Assembly (NCBI GenBank): GCA_900549825.1
Contig: URQB01000003.1
Span: 46,117-110,116 of the forward strand
Source: an uncultured Oscillospiraceae bacterium
GTDB lineage: Bacteria; Bacillota; Clostridia; Oscillospirales; Acutalibacteraceae
Direction: 5' to 3'
DNA length: 64,000 nucleotides
Part shown: one piece after another, positions 37,913 to 49,007 of the stretch
How the letters are laid out: the number at the start of each line of letters is the position of its first letter
Position numbering within the stretch: the first letter of the stretch is position 1
The notes under the pieces: generated by a model
Databases searched by the model: none
Seen by the model: the letters and a program-made list of their open reading frames with translations, nothing else
What the model was told of the DNA's origin: nothing
Program-made: the position numbers and the translations under genes

Positions 37913-39337
37913 TTACCCTTCCAGCATCGATTTATAAAGCCGGATATAGGCATTTGCCGAGCGGCCCCAGCTGCAGTCGCATTCGAGCGCACGCTTGACC
38001 AGCATCGCCCAGCCTTCCTGGTTCTGATAGCCTTCCAATGCCCTGCGGATGGTATAGAGCATTTCATGCGCATTGTAGTTTGCAAAGGTAAAGCCGTTGC
38101 CCTCGCCGTTGCCGCTGTCCTGGATGCTGTCGCGCAGGCCTCCGGTTTCCCGCACGATCGGGATGGAGCCGTACCGCAGGGCAACCATCTGGGAGAGCCC
38201 GCAGGGCTCGCTCTTGGAGGGCATCAAAAACAGGTCGCTGCCCGCATAGATTTTGCGGGCAAGATCCGGCACAAAGCCGATGCGGATGGCGAGCTTGCCC
38301 GGATGGCGGGCCGCCGCTTCGCGGAAAAAGTTTTCATATTCCCAATCGCCGGAGCCGAGCACAACGACCTGCATGTCGGTCGTATCCAGCAGCTCGTCGA
38401 GCACAGCTTTTACAAGGTCGAGCCCTTTGTGAGATACCAGGCGCGATACCATCCCCATTAAGGGCACGTCCTCGCGGACGGGGAGCCCCATGTATTCCTG
38501 CAGGCCGCGCTTGTTTTTGACCTTGTCGGCCGGGTCCTCCGCCGCGTAATTGGCGAAGAGCGCCTGATCTGTGGCCGGGTCATAGCTGATTGTATCAATG
38601 CCGTTGAGAATGCCGCTGAGCTTCCAGGAGCGCTGGTTGAGGATCGTGTCGAGGCCGTGGCTGTACCAAGGGTCGAGGATTTCCTGCGCATAGGTAGGGC
38701 TGACGGTGGAAATCCGGTTGGCACATTCGATCGCGCCCTTCATGAAGTTGATATCGCCATCATATTCCAGCAGCGCCTCATCGCGCTGTGCAATGCCGAG
38801 CACATCCTCCAGGATTTCTTTGCCGTACACGCCCTGATACTGGATGTTGTGAATGGTGAAGAGCGTTTTTATGTTTTCATACCCCTCGCGGTGCGCATAC
38901 ATCAGCGAATGATAAACCGGCGTCAGCGCGCACTGCCAGTCGTTGCAGTGAATGATATCGGGGTGGAAATCAATATAGGGCAGCATTTCGAGCACCGCGC
39001 GGGAGAAAAAGGCGAAGCGCTCCGCATCGTCGTAATGGCCGTAGATCGTGTCCCGCTTGAAATAATACTGGTTGTCGAGCAGATAATAGGTAACACCGTT
39101 TGCCTTGGCCTCAAAGATGCCGCAGTATTGCCTGCGCCATGCCACGGGAACGGACAGGCTCGTGATAAAATGCATATTGTCCCGCAGATTCTGCGGAATC
39201 GTAGCATACAAGGGCAATACGACGCGGCAACCGATGAGCCGCTTGCGCAGCGCCTGGGGAAGGCTCCCTGCCACATCGCCCAAACCGCCGCTGGCGATAA
39301 AGGGGAGCGCCTCGCTTGCAACATATAAAACCTTCAA
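37913..39337 (-). CDS. glgA: Glycogen synthase
   Basis: MKVLYVASEALPFIASGGLGDVAGSLP... and ...PSKSEPCGLSQM... 474 aa. Confidence 0.92.
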   Translation of the reverse strand: MKVLYVASEALPFIASGGLGDVAGSLPQALRKRLIGCRVVLPLYATIPQNLRDNMHFITSLSVPVAWRRQYCGIFEAKANGVTYYLLDNQYYFKRDTIYGHYDDAERFAFFSRAVLEMLPYIDFHPDIIHCNDWQCALTPVYHSLMYAHREGYENIKTLFTIHNIQYQGVYGKEILEDVLGIAQRDEALLEYDGDINFMKGAIECANRISTVSPTYAQEILDPWYSHGLDTILNQRSWKLSGILNGIDTISYDPATDQALFANYAAEDPADKVKNKRGLQEYMGLPVREDVPLMGMVSRLVSHKGLDLVKAVLDELLDTTDMQVVVLGSGDWEYENFFREAAARHPGKLAIRIGFVPDLARKIYAGSDLFLMPSKSEPCGLSQMVALRYGSIPIVRETGGLRDSIQDSGNGEGNGFTFANYNAHEMLYTIRRALEGYQNQEGWAMLVKRALECDCSWGRSANAYIRLYKSMLEG

Positions 39338-39394
39338 AATGAATCCTCCTTTTCCGACGCGGAGTTGATCCGAATAAACACAGCGTCCTGGGCC

Positions 39395-40510
39395 TCAAAT
39401 AACAATGCCCTTGCCGATATAGACGGGATAGGTATTGGTGCCTGTCACGGTTTTGTGCGGACGGACGACCACGCTCTTGTCCGCGATGACACAGTCAAGA
39501 TGCACACCCTCGCTGATATAGGAGCCCTGCATGATGATGGAATTGCGCACAACGGCGTCCTTGCCGATCTGCACGCCGCGGAACAGGATGCAGTTTTCTA
39601 CCTCACCGTCGATGCTGCAGCCATCTGCAACCAGCGAATTTTTCACCGTGGAGCCCAGGCCGTAGATCGCCGGCATATCGTCGCGCACCTTGGTATAAAC
39701 CGGGCGCTCGCGCGTGAAAAGCTCCTGGCAGTTGGCCGGATCCAGCAGGCTCATGCTGATATCGTAATAGCTTTGCAGCGAGTCGAACACGCTGGTAAAG
39801 CCCTTTACTTCGTAGCCATAGATATTCAGCCGCTTCAAATTATGCTGGATCACATCCCGCACGAAGCTGTCCTGATTCAGGCTGACGGCATTGTTGATCA
39901 GTCGGATCAGAAGCGCCTTGCTGATCAGGATGATATTCATCGCATAGTTGACCGGCTTGCTCGTTTTGGGATCGAGCGCGATCTTGGAGACCTTTTGACC
40001 CTCGTCGAAGGTGAAGGTCATCAGATCGTCCAAATGAGGCGCGCGCCCGTGATGATAGGCGATCGTGATATCAGCGCCGCTTTCCGTATGGGCGCGGCAC
40101 ATATCATTGAGGTCAAAATTACACACGACATTCGTGTCCATCAGGACGATGTATTCCTCTTTGGACTGCTCCAGAAAGCGCATGATGCCCATGAGCGCCT
40201 GGATCCGATCACGGTACATGCCCGTATGGCTGCTGTTGAAGGGCGGCAGAAGAAACATGCCGCCGCGCTTGCGGGACAGGTCCCACGGCTTTCCAGTGCC
40301 AATGTGGTCCATCAGGGACTGGTAATTGCTTTTTGTGATGATGCCGACCTTATTGATCCCGCAGTTGACCAGATTGGACAGCGCGAAGTCGATGAGCCGG
40401 TAGCGTCCGCCAAAGGGAACGCTGCCCATGGTGCGCGCATTGGTCAGCTCGCTCAAAACAGAGTCATAGGCATTGGAATAGATGATTCCTAAAACGTCGT
40501 TCGCTCTCAT
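39395..40510 (-). CDS. glgD: Glucose-1-phosphate adenylyltransferase, GlgD subunit
   Basis: 371 aa: ...LGIIYSNAYDSVLSELT..RTMGSVPFGGRYRLIDFALSN... It lacks the GGxGxRL motif of GlgC and lies between glgC and glgA. Confidence 0.85.
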   Translation of the reverse strand: MRANDVLGIIYSNAYDSVLSELTNARTMGSVPFGGRYRLIDFALSNLVNCGINKVGIITKSNYQSLMDHIGTGKPWDLSRKRGGMFLLPPFNSSHTGMYRDRIQALMGIMRFLEQSKEEYIVLMDTNVVCNFDLNDMCRAHTESGADITIAYHHGRAPHLDDLMTFTFDEGQKVSKIALDPKTSKPVNYAMNIILISKALLIRLINNAVSLNQDSFVRDVIQHNLKRLNIYGYEVKGFTSVFDSLQSYYDISMSLLDPANCQELFTRERPVYTKVRDDMPAIYGLGSTVKNSLVADGCSIDGEVENCILFRGVQIGKDAVVRNSIIMQGSYISEGVHLDCVIADKSVVVRPHKTVTGTNTYPVYIGKGIVI

Positions 40511-40555
40511 ATTTCAGACCATTCCTTTCGCATTAACCGTTTGAAAAATTTGTTT

Positions 40556-41773
40556 TCAAACTTTCACCTCCGGCAGGTCTTCATCCACCATCGCCTTCGG
40601 CACGACGTGTGCGCCTGCGCCGATGCGGACGTTTGCACCAACCACGGCGACGCCCCAGTCGGATAGGTTCTCCATATCCTCCGGGCGTTTACCGACCACG
40701 GCGTTTTCTTCAATCACGGCCTTTTCCGCGATGATCGCGTATTGAACCACTGCGCCCTTTTTCACAACAGTGCCGGGCATCAGGATCGAATCGCGCACGA
40801 CCGCGCCCTTTTCGATACAGACATTTGCAAACAGGACGGAAAAGTCCACGCTGCCCTCAACCAATCCGCCCTCCGAGATTAGGGAATTCTGGACTGTGGC
40901 GTCCGGGGAGACATAGTGCGGCGGGGCGACCGGATTGCGGGAATAAATTTTCCAGTCCGGGTCGCTCAGGTCGAGGTCCACATTTGGGTTGAGCAGATCG
41001 AGATTGGCCTCCCACAGGCTGTCAATCGTCCCCACATCCTTCCAATAGCCGTCGTAGGGGAAAGCATAGAGCTGTTCGTGCGCCGCATGCATGGCCGGGA
41101 TCAGGTCGTGACCGAAATCGTTGCTGGAGGTTTCATTGGCCTCGTCGTCGAGCAGATACTGGCGCAGCTTGCTCCAGGTGAACATATAAACGCCCATGGA
41201 AGCCTTATTGCTTCTGGGCTTTTTTGGCTTTTCCTCGAATTCCGTGATCGTACCGTCGTCGTCGACCATCATCAGGCCGAAGCGGGGCGCTTCCTCCCAC
41301 GGGACCTCCAGCATGGCGATGGTGCAGGCCGCCTGCTTTTCCTTATGGAAGGCGAGCATTTTGGAATAGTCCATTTTGTAAATGTGATCGCCGGAGAGGA
41401 TGACCACGTATTCCGGGTCGTAACGGTCGATAAAGTTGATGTTCTGATAGATGGCGTTGGCGGTGTTTTTATACCACTGCGTCCCGCGGATCTTCTGATA
41501 CGGGGAGAGAATATGAACCCCCCCGTTGACGCGGTCGAGATCCCACGGCTCTCCGTTGCCGATGTAATCATTGAGCTCCAGTGGCTGGTACTGGGTGAGG
41601 ACGCCGACGGTATCGATACCGGAATTCACGCAGTTGGAGAGCGGGAAATCGATGATGCGGTATTTTCCGCCGTAGGGGACGGCAGGCTTGGCGATATTTT
41701 TGGTCAGGATACCGAGCCGGCTGCCCTGCCCGCCCGCGAGGAGCATGGCGATACATTCCTTTTTTCGGGCCAT
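40556..41773 (-). CDS. glgC: Glucose-1-phosphate adenylyltransferase
   Basis: ...[42 protein letters not shown]... 405 aa. Confidence 0.92.
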   Translation of the reverse strand: MARKKECIAMLLAGGQGSRLGILTKNIAKPAVPYGGKYRIIDFPLSNCVNSGIDTVGVLTQYQPLELNDYIGNGEPWDLDRVNGGVHILSPYQKIRGTQWYKNTANAIYQNINFIDRYDPEYVVILSGDHIYKMDYSKMLAFHKEKQAACTIAMLEVPWEEAPRFGLMMVDDDGTITEFEEKPKKPRSNKASMGVYMFTWSKLRQYLLDDEANETSSNDFGHDLIPAMHAAHEQLYAFPYDGYWKDVGTIDSLWEANLDLLNPNVDLDLSDPDWKIYSRNPVAPPHYVSPDATVQNSLISEGGLVEGSVDFSVLFANVCIEKGAVVRDSILMPGTVVKKGAVVQYAIIAEKAVIEENAVVGKRPEDMENLSDWGVAVVGANVRIGAGAHVVPKAMVDEDLPEVKV

Positions 41774-41924
41774 ATATGTTGCCTCCTTTATTTTCTGAAG
41801 ATAATTGTTTATTACGACGCGTATGCGAGTAACAAAGCAGATCCAACTTTAAACTGATTGATCAAGGGCTGCTGTTGCTGTCCGGCCGCAAGAAATTTGC
41901 GGTTTTTACGGAATTTGAATTTCA

Positions 41925-43910
41925 TCAGGATTGACCGGCATCCTGTGGAACGGTCTGCGCCCTCTTTTTCGCCGGAGCCGTTTTGGGGGAGGAGGCAGCG
42001 GCTTTTTTCTGCCTTTTTTTGCGCTCCTTGGCAAGCTCCAAGTACAGCACGGAGAAGCCGGGCAGGTCAAGCGCCATGCTCTGCTCACAGCCGTGCAGGG
42101 GAAGATCCTCTGTTTTGACGATGCCGCAGGAGCCTTTCCCATCGCCGCCGAAGGCGATGTCGTCGGAATTGAGCAGGACGCGGTAGTCCCCGCGCTTCGG
42201 CGTGCCGATGCGGTAATCAGAGCGCTCCACCTTCGTGAAATTGCAGACGGCGATGATCTCGTTGCCCTGGTCGTCCATCCTGCGAAAGGCGATCACGGAG
42301 TTGGCGCTGTCGTCGCTGGAGATCCAGGAGAAGCCTTCCCAGCTGAAATCGATCTGCCACAGCGGGGAATGCGCAAGATAGAAATGGTTGAGCGCCTTGA
42401 CATAATCCCGCAGCTGCGCATGCTTTTCGTAGTCGAGCAGGAGCCAGTCCAATTCAGCGGCGAAATCCCACTCTTTGAACTGCCCGAATTCCTGCCCCAT
42501 AAACAGCAGTTTTTTGCCCGGATGCGCCATCATATAGCCGTAGAAAACGCGCAGCCCGGCGAATTTCTCCTCATAACTGCCCGGCATCTTGTCGATCATG
42601 GAGCATTTCCCGTGCACCACCTCGTCATGTGAGATCGGCAGGACATAATTTTCTGAAAACGCATAGAAAAAGGAAAAGGTGAGGCAATCATGGTTATATT
42701 TGCGGAAATAGCCGTCCAGCGAGACATAGCGCAGGATATCGTTCATCCAGCCCATATTCCATTTGAAATTGAAGCCGAGTCCGCCCACGTTCGTCGGCTT
42801 GGAGACGAGCGGCCAGGCGGTACTCTCCTCTGCGATCATCAGTGTGGAAGGATGCTCCTGGAAAATGACCTCGTTTAGCTTGCGCAGGAAGGATACGGCC
42901 TCCAGATTCTCCCGGCCGCCGTGGATATTGGGGATCCAGTCGCCGTCGTCCCTGCCGTAGTCGAGATAGAGCATAGAAGCCACCGCATCTACGCGCAGGC
43001 CGTCCACATGGTATTGATCCAGCCAGAACATGGCGCTGGAGATCAGGAAGCTCGCCACCTCGTTGCGCCCGTAGTCGAATACGCGGGTTCCCCACTGGCG
43101 GTGCTCACCCTTGCGCGGGTCCGCATATTCATAGCACGGTGCGCCGTCGAACTCATACAGGCCATTGGCGTCCTTGGGAAAGTGCGCGGGTACCCAGTCG
43201 AGAATCACGCCAATGCCAGCCTGATGGCACCGATCGACGAAATACATAAAATCATGCGGCGTGCCATAGCGGGAGGTAACGGCAAAATAGCCGGTCACCT
43301 GATACCCCCAGGAGCCGTCGAAGGGATGCTCCATTACAGGCATGAGCTCCACATGCGTATACCCCATCTCGGTGAGATAGGGGATGAGCTCTTCCGCGAG
43401 CTTGCGGTAGTCGAAGAAGTTCTCATCGGGATACCGCTTCCACGACCCCGTGTGGATTTCATAGATATTGACGGGGCTGTCATAGATGACGGTCTGGCGC
43501 TTCTTTTCCTCCCAGGCCTGATCGCCCCATTCGTAGCCGCCCAGGTCATAAACCTTGGAAGCAGTGCCGGGGCGCGTCTCCATATGTACGCCGTACGGGT
43601 CGCTTTTCATCAGCTGGCGGCCGTCGTCGGTCAGGATACAGAATTTATAGTTCTCAAATTGCTCCAGCTCCGGCAGTTCCGCTTCCCAAACGCCGCTGTC
43701 GTCGACCGGGAGCATAGGGTTTCGATCTAAATCCCAGCCGTTGAAATCACCCACGACGCTGACGCCCGCGGCATGCGGCGCCCAGGTGCGAAATACCATT
43801 TTCCCGCCGTTTATTCTATGCGCGCCGAAGTATTCATATGCACGGGCGTTGCTGCCCTCGTGAAACAAATACAGCGGCACGTCGGAAGGAGAGCCCTTTC
43901 GTTTCGCCAT
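41925..43910 (-). CDS. glgB: 1,4-alpha-glucan branching enzyme (with Lys/Ala-rich C-terminal tail)
   Basis: GH13 blocks are present: ...[15 protein letters not shown]..., ...[10 protein letters not shown]..., ...[12 protein letters not shown]... 661 aa. The tail reads [25 protein letters not shown]. Confidence 0.92.
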   Translation of the reverse strand: MAKRKGSPSDVPLYLFHEGSNARAYEYFGAHRINGGKMVFRTWAPHAAGVSVVGDFNGWDLDRNPMLPVDDSGVWEAELPELEQFENYKFCILTDDGRQLMKSDPYGVHMETRPGTASKVYDLGGYEWGDQAWEEKKRQTVIYDSPVNIYEIHTGSWKRYPDENFFDYRKLAEELIPYLTEMGYTHVELMPVMEHPFDGSWGYQVTGYFAVTSRYGTPHDFMYFVDRCHQAGIGVILDWVPAHFPKDANGLYEFDGAPCYEYADPRKGEHRQWGTRVFDYGRNEVASFLISSAMFWLDQYHVDGLRVDAVASMLYLDYGRDDGDWIPNIHGGRENLEAVSFLRKLNEVIFQEHPSTLMIAEESTAWPLVSKPTNVGGLGFNFKWNMGWMNDILRYVSLDGYFRKYNHDCLTFSFFYAFSENYVLPISHDEVVHGKCSMIDKMPGSYEEKFAGLRVFYGYMMAHPGKKLLFMGQEFGQFKEWDFAAELDWLLLDYEKHAQLRDYVKALNHFYLAHSPLWQIDFSWEGFSWISSDDSANSVIAFRRMDDQGNEIIAVCNFTKVERSDYRIGTPKRGDYRVLLNSDDIAFGGDGKGSCGIVKTEDLPLHGCEQSMALDLPGFSVLYLELAKERKKRQKKAAASSPKTAPAKKRAQTVPQDAGQS

Positions 43911-44132
43911 GGAGGTCCACCTCGTTTATTTTTTAGTAACTTTATTTTAGCAAACCGAAATTCAATTTTCAAGTGTATTTTGACTATTTTATTCAAATCA
44001 AGTGCAAATTTCACGGCCTGTTTTTAGTGATTTTGTTACAAGAATCGCTGGGGATCTTTCTGTATCGAAAAGAATTACCCGCCTCTTTTCGTCAAAATGC
44101 CGAAAAATGTGACTTGGGAATTGTGGAAAAGA

Positions 44133-45215
44133 TTAGTTCCCCGATCCTGGGGAAGTGACGGAGAAATATGCTCGGTTTTGCCGTACTGCTGCGGACTCCG
44201 GCTTGCATTCTCCCGCCTTTTCGTTGTATGCAATCGCTTTTTCCCGTTCGCCCATCCGGTGGCAGCAGAGACAGAGCTGCAGATATGGAGTGTAACCGTA
44301 GCAATCAGGGTGGATAAACGCGCCGCTCTGTTCGTCACGGGGGCAATTGACCGCCAGCTCATACCAGAAGCGCGCAACACGGTAATTCTGCCGGTCAAAG
44401 AAATGTTTCCCGATATCGCAGCAGATGGGGGCGCGGGGGCGATCCAGTGCAAGGCTCTGCAGCAGGCTTTGCAGGGCCTGCTGCGGCATCCCTTGCCGGT
44501 AGCGGCAATCAGCGCGCAGCTGGCAGGCGTTGATCTGGTTTTCGATCCAGCCGTGGCCGCCGTCCAGAAAGGCGGTGAAGGCTTCATCCGCCTCCTGAAG
44601 CCGCCCGTGGTAATACAGCTCCCGCGCATAATAAAACTGCTCGCGTGGGGAAAAGATATGACCCTTGTGCAGGAGACCTTCAAAAATGCGCAGATTCCGG
44701 TCCGGGTCGCCCGGCCGGAGCTTTCGGTGCGTGACGGCAATTTCGGAATAGACAAGGATGCCGGAGGGTGTGATGGCCTCATGGACCGCGCCCTGCCATA
44801 AAAAGCCGGCATGGTTGCGCACGATCCGCTCCCGGTAATAGGAAAAGGTCGGATTTCCCGCTTCGTCAAAGGCGGTTTGGTAGCGCATCATGACGATATC
44901 CGTTTCAGCGGGGAGCGACTGCTTCAGCTTTTTCAGGTTCTCCCGGTCAGCTCTGAGCAGTAGATCGTCCGCATCGAGCCACATACAGTATTCCATGGAT
45001 GCCTTGGAAAAAGAAAAGTTGCGTGCGGCGGCAAAATCGTCGATCCATGCAAAATCGTAAATTTGATCCGTATACCGCTCGGCGATCTCTTTTGTCCGGT
45101 CCGTGGAACCCGTATCGACGACAATGATCTCATCCGCAATATCCTCTACGCTCTCCAGGCAGCGCGCGAGCGTTTCTTCCTCGTTTTTGACAATCATACA
45201 CAGGCTGATGGTCAT
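44133..45215 (-). CDS. Family 2 glycosyltransferase with C-terminal TPR-like domain
   Basis: MTISLCMIVKNEEETLARCLESVEDIADEIIVVDTGSTDRTKEIA...WLDADD (GT2 DxD), followed by a helical repeat region. Confidence 0.8.
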   Translation of the reverse strand: MTISLCMIVKNEEETLARCLESVEDIADEIIVVDTGSTDRTKEIAERYTDQIYDFAWIDDFAAARNFSFSKASMEYCMWLDADDLLLRADRENLKKLKQSLPAETDIVMMRYQTAFDEAGNPTFSYYRERIVRNHAGFLWQGAVHEAITPSGILVYSEIAVTHRKLRPGDPDRNLRIFEGLLHKGHIFSPREQFYYARELYYHGRLQEADEAFTAFLDGGHGWIENQINACQLRADCRYRQGMPQQALQSLLQSLALDRPRAPICCDIGKHFFDRQNYRVARFWYELAVNCPRDEQSGAFIHPDCYGYTPYLQLCLCCHRMGEREKAIAYNEKAGECKPESAAVRQNRAYFSVTSPGSGN

Positions 45216-45373
45216 AGAGCTTCACCCCTCCGTTATGCCGATTCCAATACAGGTACAGTTCATGTTATGCTGCCGGAGTGGGAGTGGCATACGGTTTTCC
45301 CGGGAAATATAAAAAGCCCCGAAAGGCGGCGCGGCGCGCTGCTCTTTCGGGGCTGCTGTGCGTATCGGGTTCG

Positions 45374-46582
45374 TTACGGCATCAGGCGGCGGATGACCAT
45401 TTCACAGTCCGCCTCGTTCATGATCTTTGGTACCGGATAGAGCGGGTTGCCCTCCTTGAGTGCGCGCTCAACCAGCGTTGGGATATCCTTTTCCTGGATT
45501 TGGCCGATCTGATCGGGGATATTCATATCCTTGTTGAGCTGGCGGATGGCGGCGATAAATGCGTTTGCCTTCTGCGCGTCCGTCATGCCGGGCTGCGAGA
45601 TCCCTGCCACGTCCGCAAGGTCTGCAAGGCGCTGATGCGCGCTTTCGCCGTAGTATTCAAGGACGTACGGCAGGATGATCGCATTGGCAAGGCCGTGCGC
45701 GATGCCGTACATACCGCCGAGATTATGCGCAATGGCGTGGACATAGCCCACGTAGGCGCGCGTGAAGGCAACGCCCGCATAGTAGGAGGCGAGCAGCATT
45801 TCGCCGCGGGCCTCGATATCCTTGCCATTCTGATAGACCTTTTCGATATTTGCAAAGATCATCTTGACGGCGCGCTTCGCCTTATCCTCCGTATCGCGCG
45901 TGTTGCTGTGGCCGATATACGCTTCTACCGCGTGGGTGAGCGCATCCATACCGGTGGTGGAGGTGATGTGCGGCGGCAGGCCGACGGTGAGCTCCGGATC
46001 GAGCACCGCATATTTCGGGCGCAGGACGGGGTCGTTGATGGCATATTTCTCATGCGTTTTCGGATTGGTGACGACTGCCGCGATGGTGGTTTCGGAGCCG
46101 GTGCCCGCCGTGGTGGGGACGGCGAAGAAGGGCGGCAGCTTGCGCAGGACTTTGAGCACGCCGCGCATCTTCGGAATGGGCGTATTCGGGCGCACCACCC
46201 GCGCCGCTGCGACCTTGGCGCAGTCCATGGGAGAACCGCCGCCAAAGGCGATAATAGCCTCACAGTTATTCTCCACATACAGGCTGCGGGCGTCTTCGAT
46301 ATTGTCAAAGGTTGGGTTGGGCTGTGTGCCATCGTAGAGGGTGTACTGGATGCCTTCTTCCGTCAGCTTTTCAAAGAGCGGGTCGAGCAGATGGAGACCC
46401 ATCAAGCCCTTATCCGTAACGATGAGCACCTTTTCCACGCCCTTGGATTTGATCAGCTCCGGCAGGCGCTTGATGGCACCGGGACCCTCCAGACGCTCCG
46501 GCTCTGTCCAGTCGAGAAAGCAGACGAGCACACGAAAAACCGCCTGATAGGTACGATACCATGCTTTTTTCATTGGCCACAT
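45374..46582 (-). CDS. Iron-containing alcohol dehydrogenase
   Basis: 402 aa: ...AFGGGSPMDCAK..., ...GMDALTHAVEAY..., ...HAIAHNLGGMYGIAHG... Confidence 0.85.
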   Translation of the reverse strand: MWPMKKAWYRTYQAVFRVLVCFLDWTEPERLEGPGAIKRLPELIKSKGVEKVLIVTDKGLMGLHLLDPLFEKLTEEGIQYTLYDGTQPNPTFDNIEDARSLYVENNCEAIIAFGGGSPMDCAKVAAARVVRPNTPIPKMRGVLKVLRKLPPFFAVPTTAGTGSETTIAAVVTNPKTHEKYAINDPVLRPKYAVLDPELTVGLPPHITSTTGMDALTHAVEAYIGHSNTRDTEDKAKRAVKMIFANIEKVYQNGKDIEARGEMLLASYYAGVAFTRAYVGYVHAIAHNLGGMYGIAHGLANAIILPYVLEYYGESAHQRLADLADVAGISQPGMTDAQKANAFIAAIRQLNKDMNIPDQIGQIQEKDIPTLVERALKEGNPLYPVPKIMNEADCEMVIRRLMP

Positions 46583-47056
46583 AGAGATTCATTTCCTTCC
46601 TTCTTCAAAAAGCCGCCAGGGAGGGCGGCTTTTCGGTAGTTGATATGCCTATAGTTTACTATTTTTTGCTTTTCATTGCAAGAGGATATGTACAATTCTC
46701 CGAAAGGGCGAAAAACCCGCTGTTTGGGGGCGGAGAGGGGAAAATTTTTGAGGCCGGGCCGCTTAATGGTGGGCATATTTCACTTTTCTGTAATTTTTCC
46801 GATTTGACTTTCTGCGTTTGGTCTTATAATATAATGAAGAAAAAATTATAAAAGGGAGACGGTAGCAAGGGTGGGGAGCCCGATGGACAGGGCGAAGGCC
46901 ATAGAGCAACTGCAAGCCTATGCGGGCGCAGCCATTCCATACCGGTGCAAACGGGATATCCTTAATATAGATATCCACACGCCGGAAATGGCCAGATTGC
47001 AGGGATAGTGAAGAGAAAAGAGCAATCACTAGATCATCAATTCGGGAGGTCGGCTC

Positions 47057-47986
47057 ATGAATCAGTGCGAGGAAATCCTTACACAGGTCAAAAAAGCATT
47101 TGTTGGCAAAAAAGATGTGGCGCGTAAAATCCTTATGACCATGCTTGCGGGCGGGCATGTGCTGCTAGAGGATATCCCAGGCGTTGGCAAAACGACGCTC
47201 GCGGTGGCATTTTCCAATGCGACGGATTTACAGTATAAACGCATCCAGTTCACGCCCGACGTACTGCCGTCGGATATCACCGGCTTTTCGATCTATCACC
47301 GCGAGACGGGCGCGATGGAATATCAGCCCGGCGCTGCAATCTGCAATCTGCTGCTGGCAGATGAAATCAACCGCGCTTCTTCCCGCACGCAGTCTGCGCT
47401 GCTGGAGGCGATGGAGGAAGGGAGCGTTACGGTGGACGGCGTGACGCATCTGATCCCCCAGCCTTTCACCGTGATCGCCACCCAGAATCCCACCGGCTCG
47501 GCCGGGACGCAGCTGCTGCCGGATTCGCAGCTGGACCGCTTTATGATGCGCCTCTCTATCGGCTATCCGGAGCCTGCCGCCGAGCGGGAGATGCTGCGCC
47601 GCAAGCATGGGGAAAACCAGGGACAGCCTGTCCGGAAGGTGGCAGATGCGAAGGCCTTGCTCACAATGCGGGAGGAAGTCTCCCATGTGTTCGTCCACGA
47701 AGAACTCTATGATTATATCGTCCGCCTTGCCCGCGCGACGCGCGAGCATAAATCGATCCGACAGGGCGCGAGCCCCCGCTGCTCCGTGGCGGCGATGGCG
47801 CTTGCACAGGCCTGCGCATGGATGGATGGGCGGGATTATGTGGTGCCGGAGGACGTCAAGGCGATCTATCCGGACTGCACGGCACACCGGCTCCTTTTGA
47901 CCGCGCAGGCGAAGGCACAGGGCGAGCGGCCGCGCGAGCTGCTCGATGAAATCCTGCGCAAAACGCCCACTCCGAAGATCAGGTGA
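47057..47986 (+). CDS. MoxR-family AAA+ ATPase
   Basis: ...GHVLLEDIPGVGKTTLA... (Walker A), ...LLADEINRASSRTQSALLEAMEE... (Walker B / sensor). 309 aa. Confidence 0.9.
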   Translation: MNQCEEILTQVKKAFVGKKDVARKILMTMLAGGHVLLEDIPGVGKTTLAVAFSNATDLQYKRIQFTPDVLPSDITGFSIYHRETGAMEYQPGAAICNLLLADEINRASSRTQSALLEAMEEGSVTVDGVTHLIPQPFTVIATQNPTGSAGTQLLPDSQLDRFMMRLSIGYPEPAAEREMLRRKHGENQGQPVRKVADAKALLTMREEVSHVFVHEELYDYIVRLARATREHKSIRQGASPRCSVAAMALAQACAWMDGRDYVVPEDVKAIYPDCTAHRLLLTAQAKAQGERPRELLDEILRKTPTPKIR

Positions 47987-47990
47987 CGAA

Positions 47991-49007
47991 ATGAACCGTT
48001 ATCGTATTCTTTATTTCTGGCTTTTGGCGATGGCCGTTTCCTACTATGTGATGGATACGCGCTATCTCTCCTGGCTGCTGCTGGTGATGCTGCTCGTGCT
48101 CGTGCCGGTCGAGGTGCTGCTGAGCATTCCCGGCCTTCTGACGCTGCGCATGAAGCTTACCGCGGAGCCGGACATGCTATATCAGGGAGGCGTTTTAACC
48201 GCGCGCGCGGAGCTTTCCTCCCGTTTTCCGGTCCATTGCGTCAAGCTGCGGCTGCACTGCAAAAATCTGCTTACCGGCGAAGAAGCGGATAAAAAAGGCT
48301 GCTTTCCCGCGCGGGGCGGGAAGATGGCCGAGCTGCCCTGCCTGTGGGAGCATTGCGGCACGGTACGCTGCCAAGTGACCAGCGCGCGCATGGTCGACCT
48401 GCTGGGGCTTTTTTCCTTCCGTATCCGGCTGCCTGAGCCGGTGGATGTGCTGATTTCTCCGCAGCCGGTCCCCTTTCAGGGCAAGGCTTCATCCTTTGCG
48501 CCGGGCGGTACGCTGGACTTATCCGCTTCGCCGGCCGGGAAGGGCGGAGAGGAGCGCAGCTCCGTGCGGGAATTCCGCGATGGAGACCAGCTGCGGGATG
48601 TGCACTGGAAGCTCTCCTCCAAGCTGCAGAAGCTCATCGTGCGCGAGGCGGAGCAGGCGCCGCAGCCGAGCGTTGTGCTGGCCTTTTGCCTGAGCGGAGC
48701 GCCGGAGCGCGCGGACAAGACGCTTGCAAGACTCACAGGCCTTTCGGAGGAGCTGTTTGAGAACCGGTGCGTGCACAGCCTGCAATGGTATGACGCGGCG
48801 AAAGCGGATTTGTGCACCCGGCAGGTGGAGGATGCGGCATCCTTCCGTGAGACGCTGCTGGAGGCCTGCTCAGGCCCTTTGACAGAGCGGGAAGCGCATG
48901 TGGAGGATTACCGGGAAGAGTTCCATGCGCCGATGGCGGATCTGCTGTTTCTGATCCATGCGGATGGGATCTCCGTCTTTGGTGACACAGAGGAGGGGAT
49001 GGAATGA
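47991..49007 (+). CDS. DUF58 domain-containing protein
   Basis: ORF trimmed to MNRYRILYFW after AGGTGA. Two N-terminal TM segments, then ...VREFRDGDQLRDVHWKLSSKLQKLIVRE (DUF58 signature). Confidence 0.8.
   Translation: MNRYRILYFWLLAMAVSYYVMDTRYLSWLLLVMLLVLVPVEVLLSIPGLLTLRMKLTAEPDMLYQGGVLTARAELSSRFPVHCVKLRLHCKNLLTGEEADKKGCFPARGGKMAELPCLWEHCGTVRCQVTSARMVDLLGLFSFRIRLPEPVDVLISPQPVPFQGKASSFAPGGTLDLSASPAGKGGEERSSVREFRDGDQLRDVHWKLSSKLQKLIVREAEQAPQPSVVLAFCLSGAPERADKTLARLTGLSEELFENRCVHSLQWYDAAKADLCTRQVEDAASFRETLLEACSGPLTEREAHVEDYREEFHAPMADLLFLIHADGISVFGDTEEGME

Noticed and set aside
46860-46960. Resemblance of ...GGACAGGGCGAAGGCC...CTGCAAGCC... to the c-di-GMP-I (GEMM) riboswitch core
   Set aside because: Only short motif-like strings match. 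The expected two-hairpin architecture with a GNRA tetraloop and receptor could not be drawn by eye. This needs an Infernal search before any claim.
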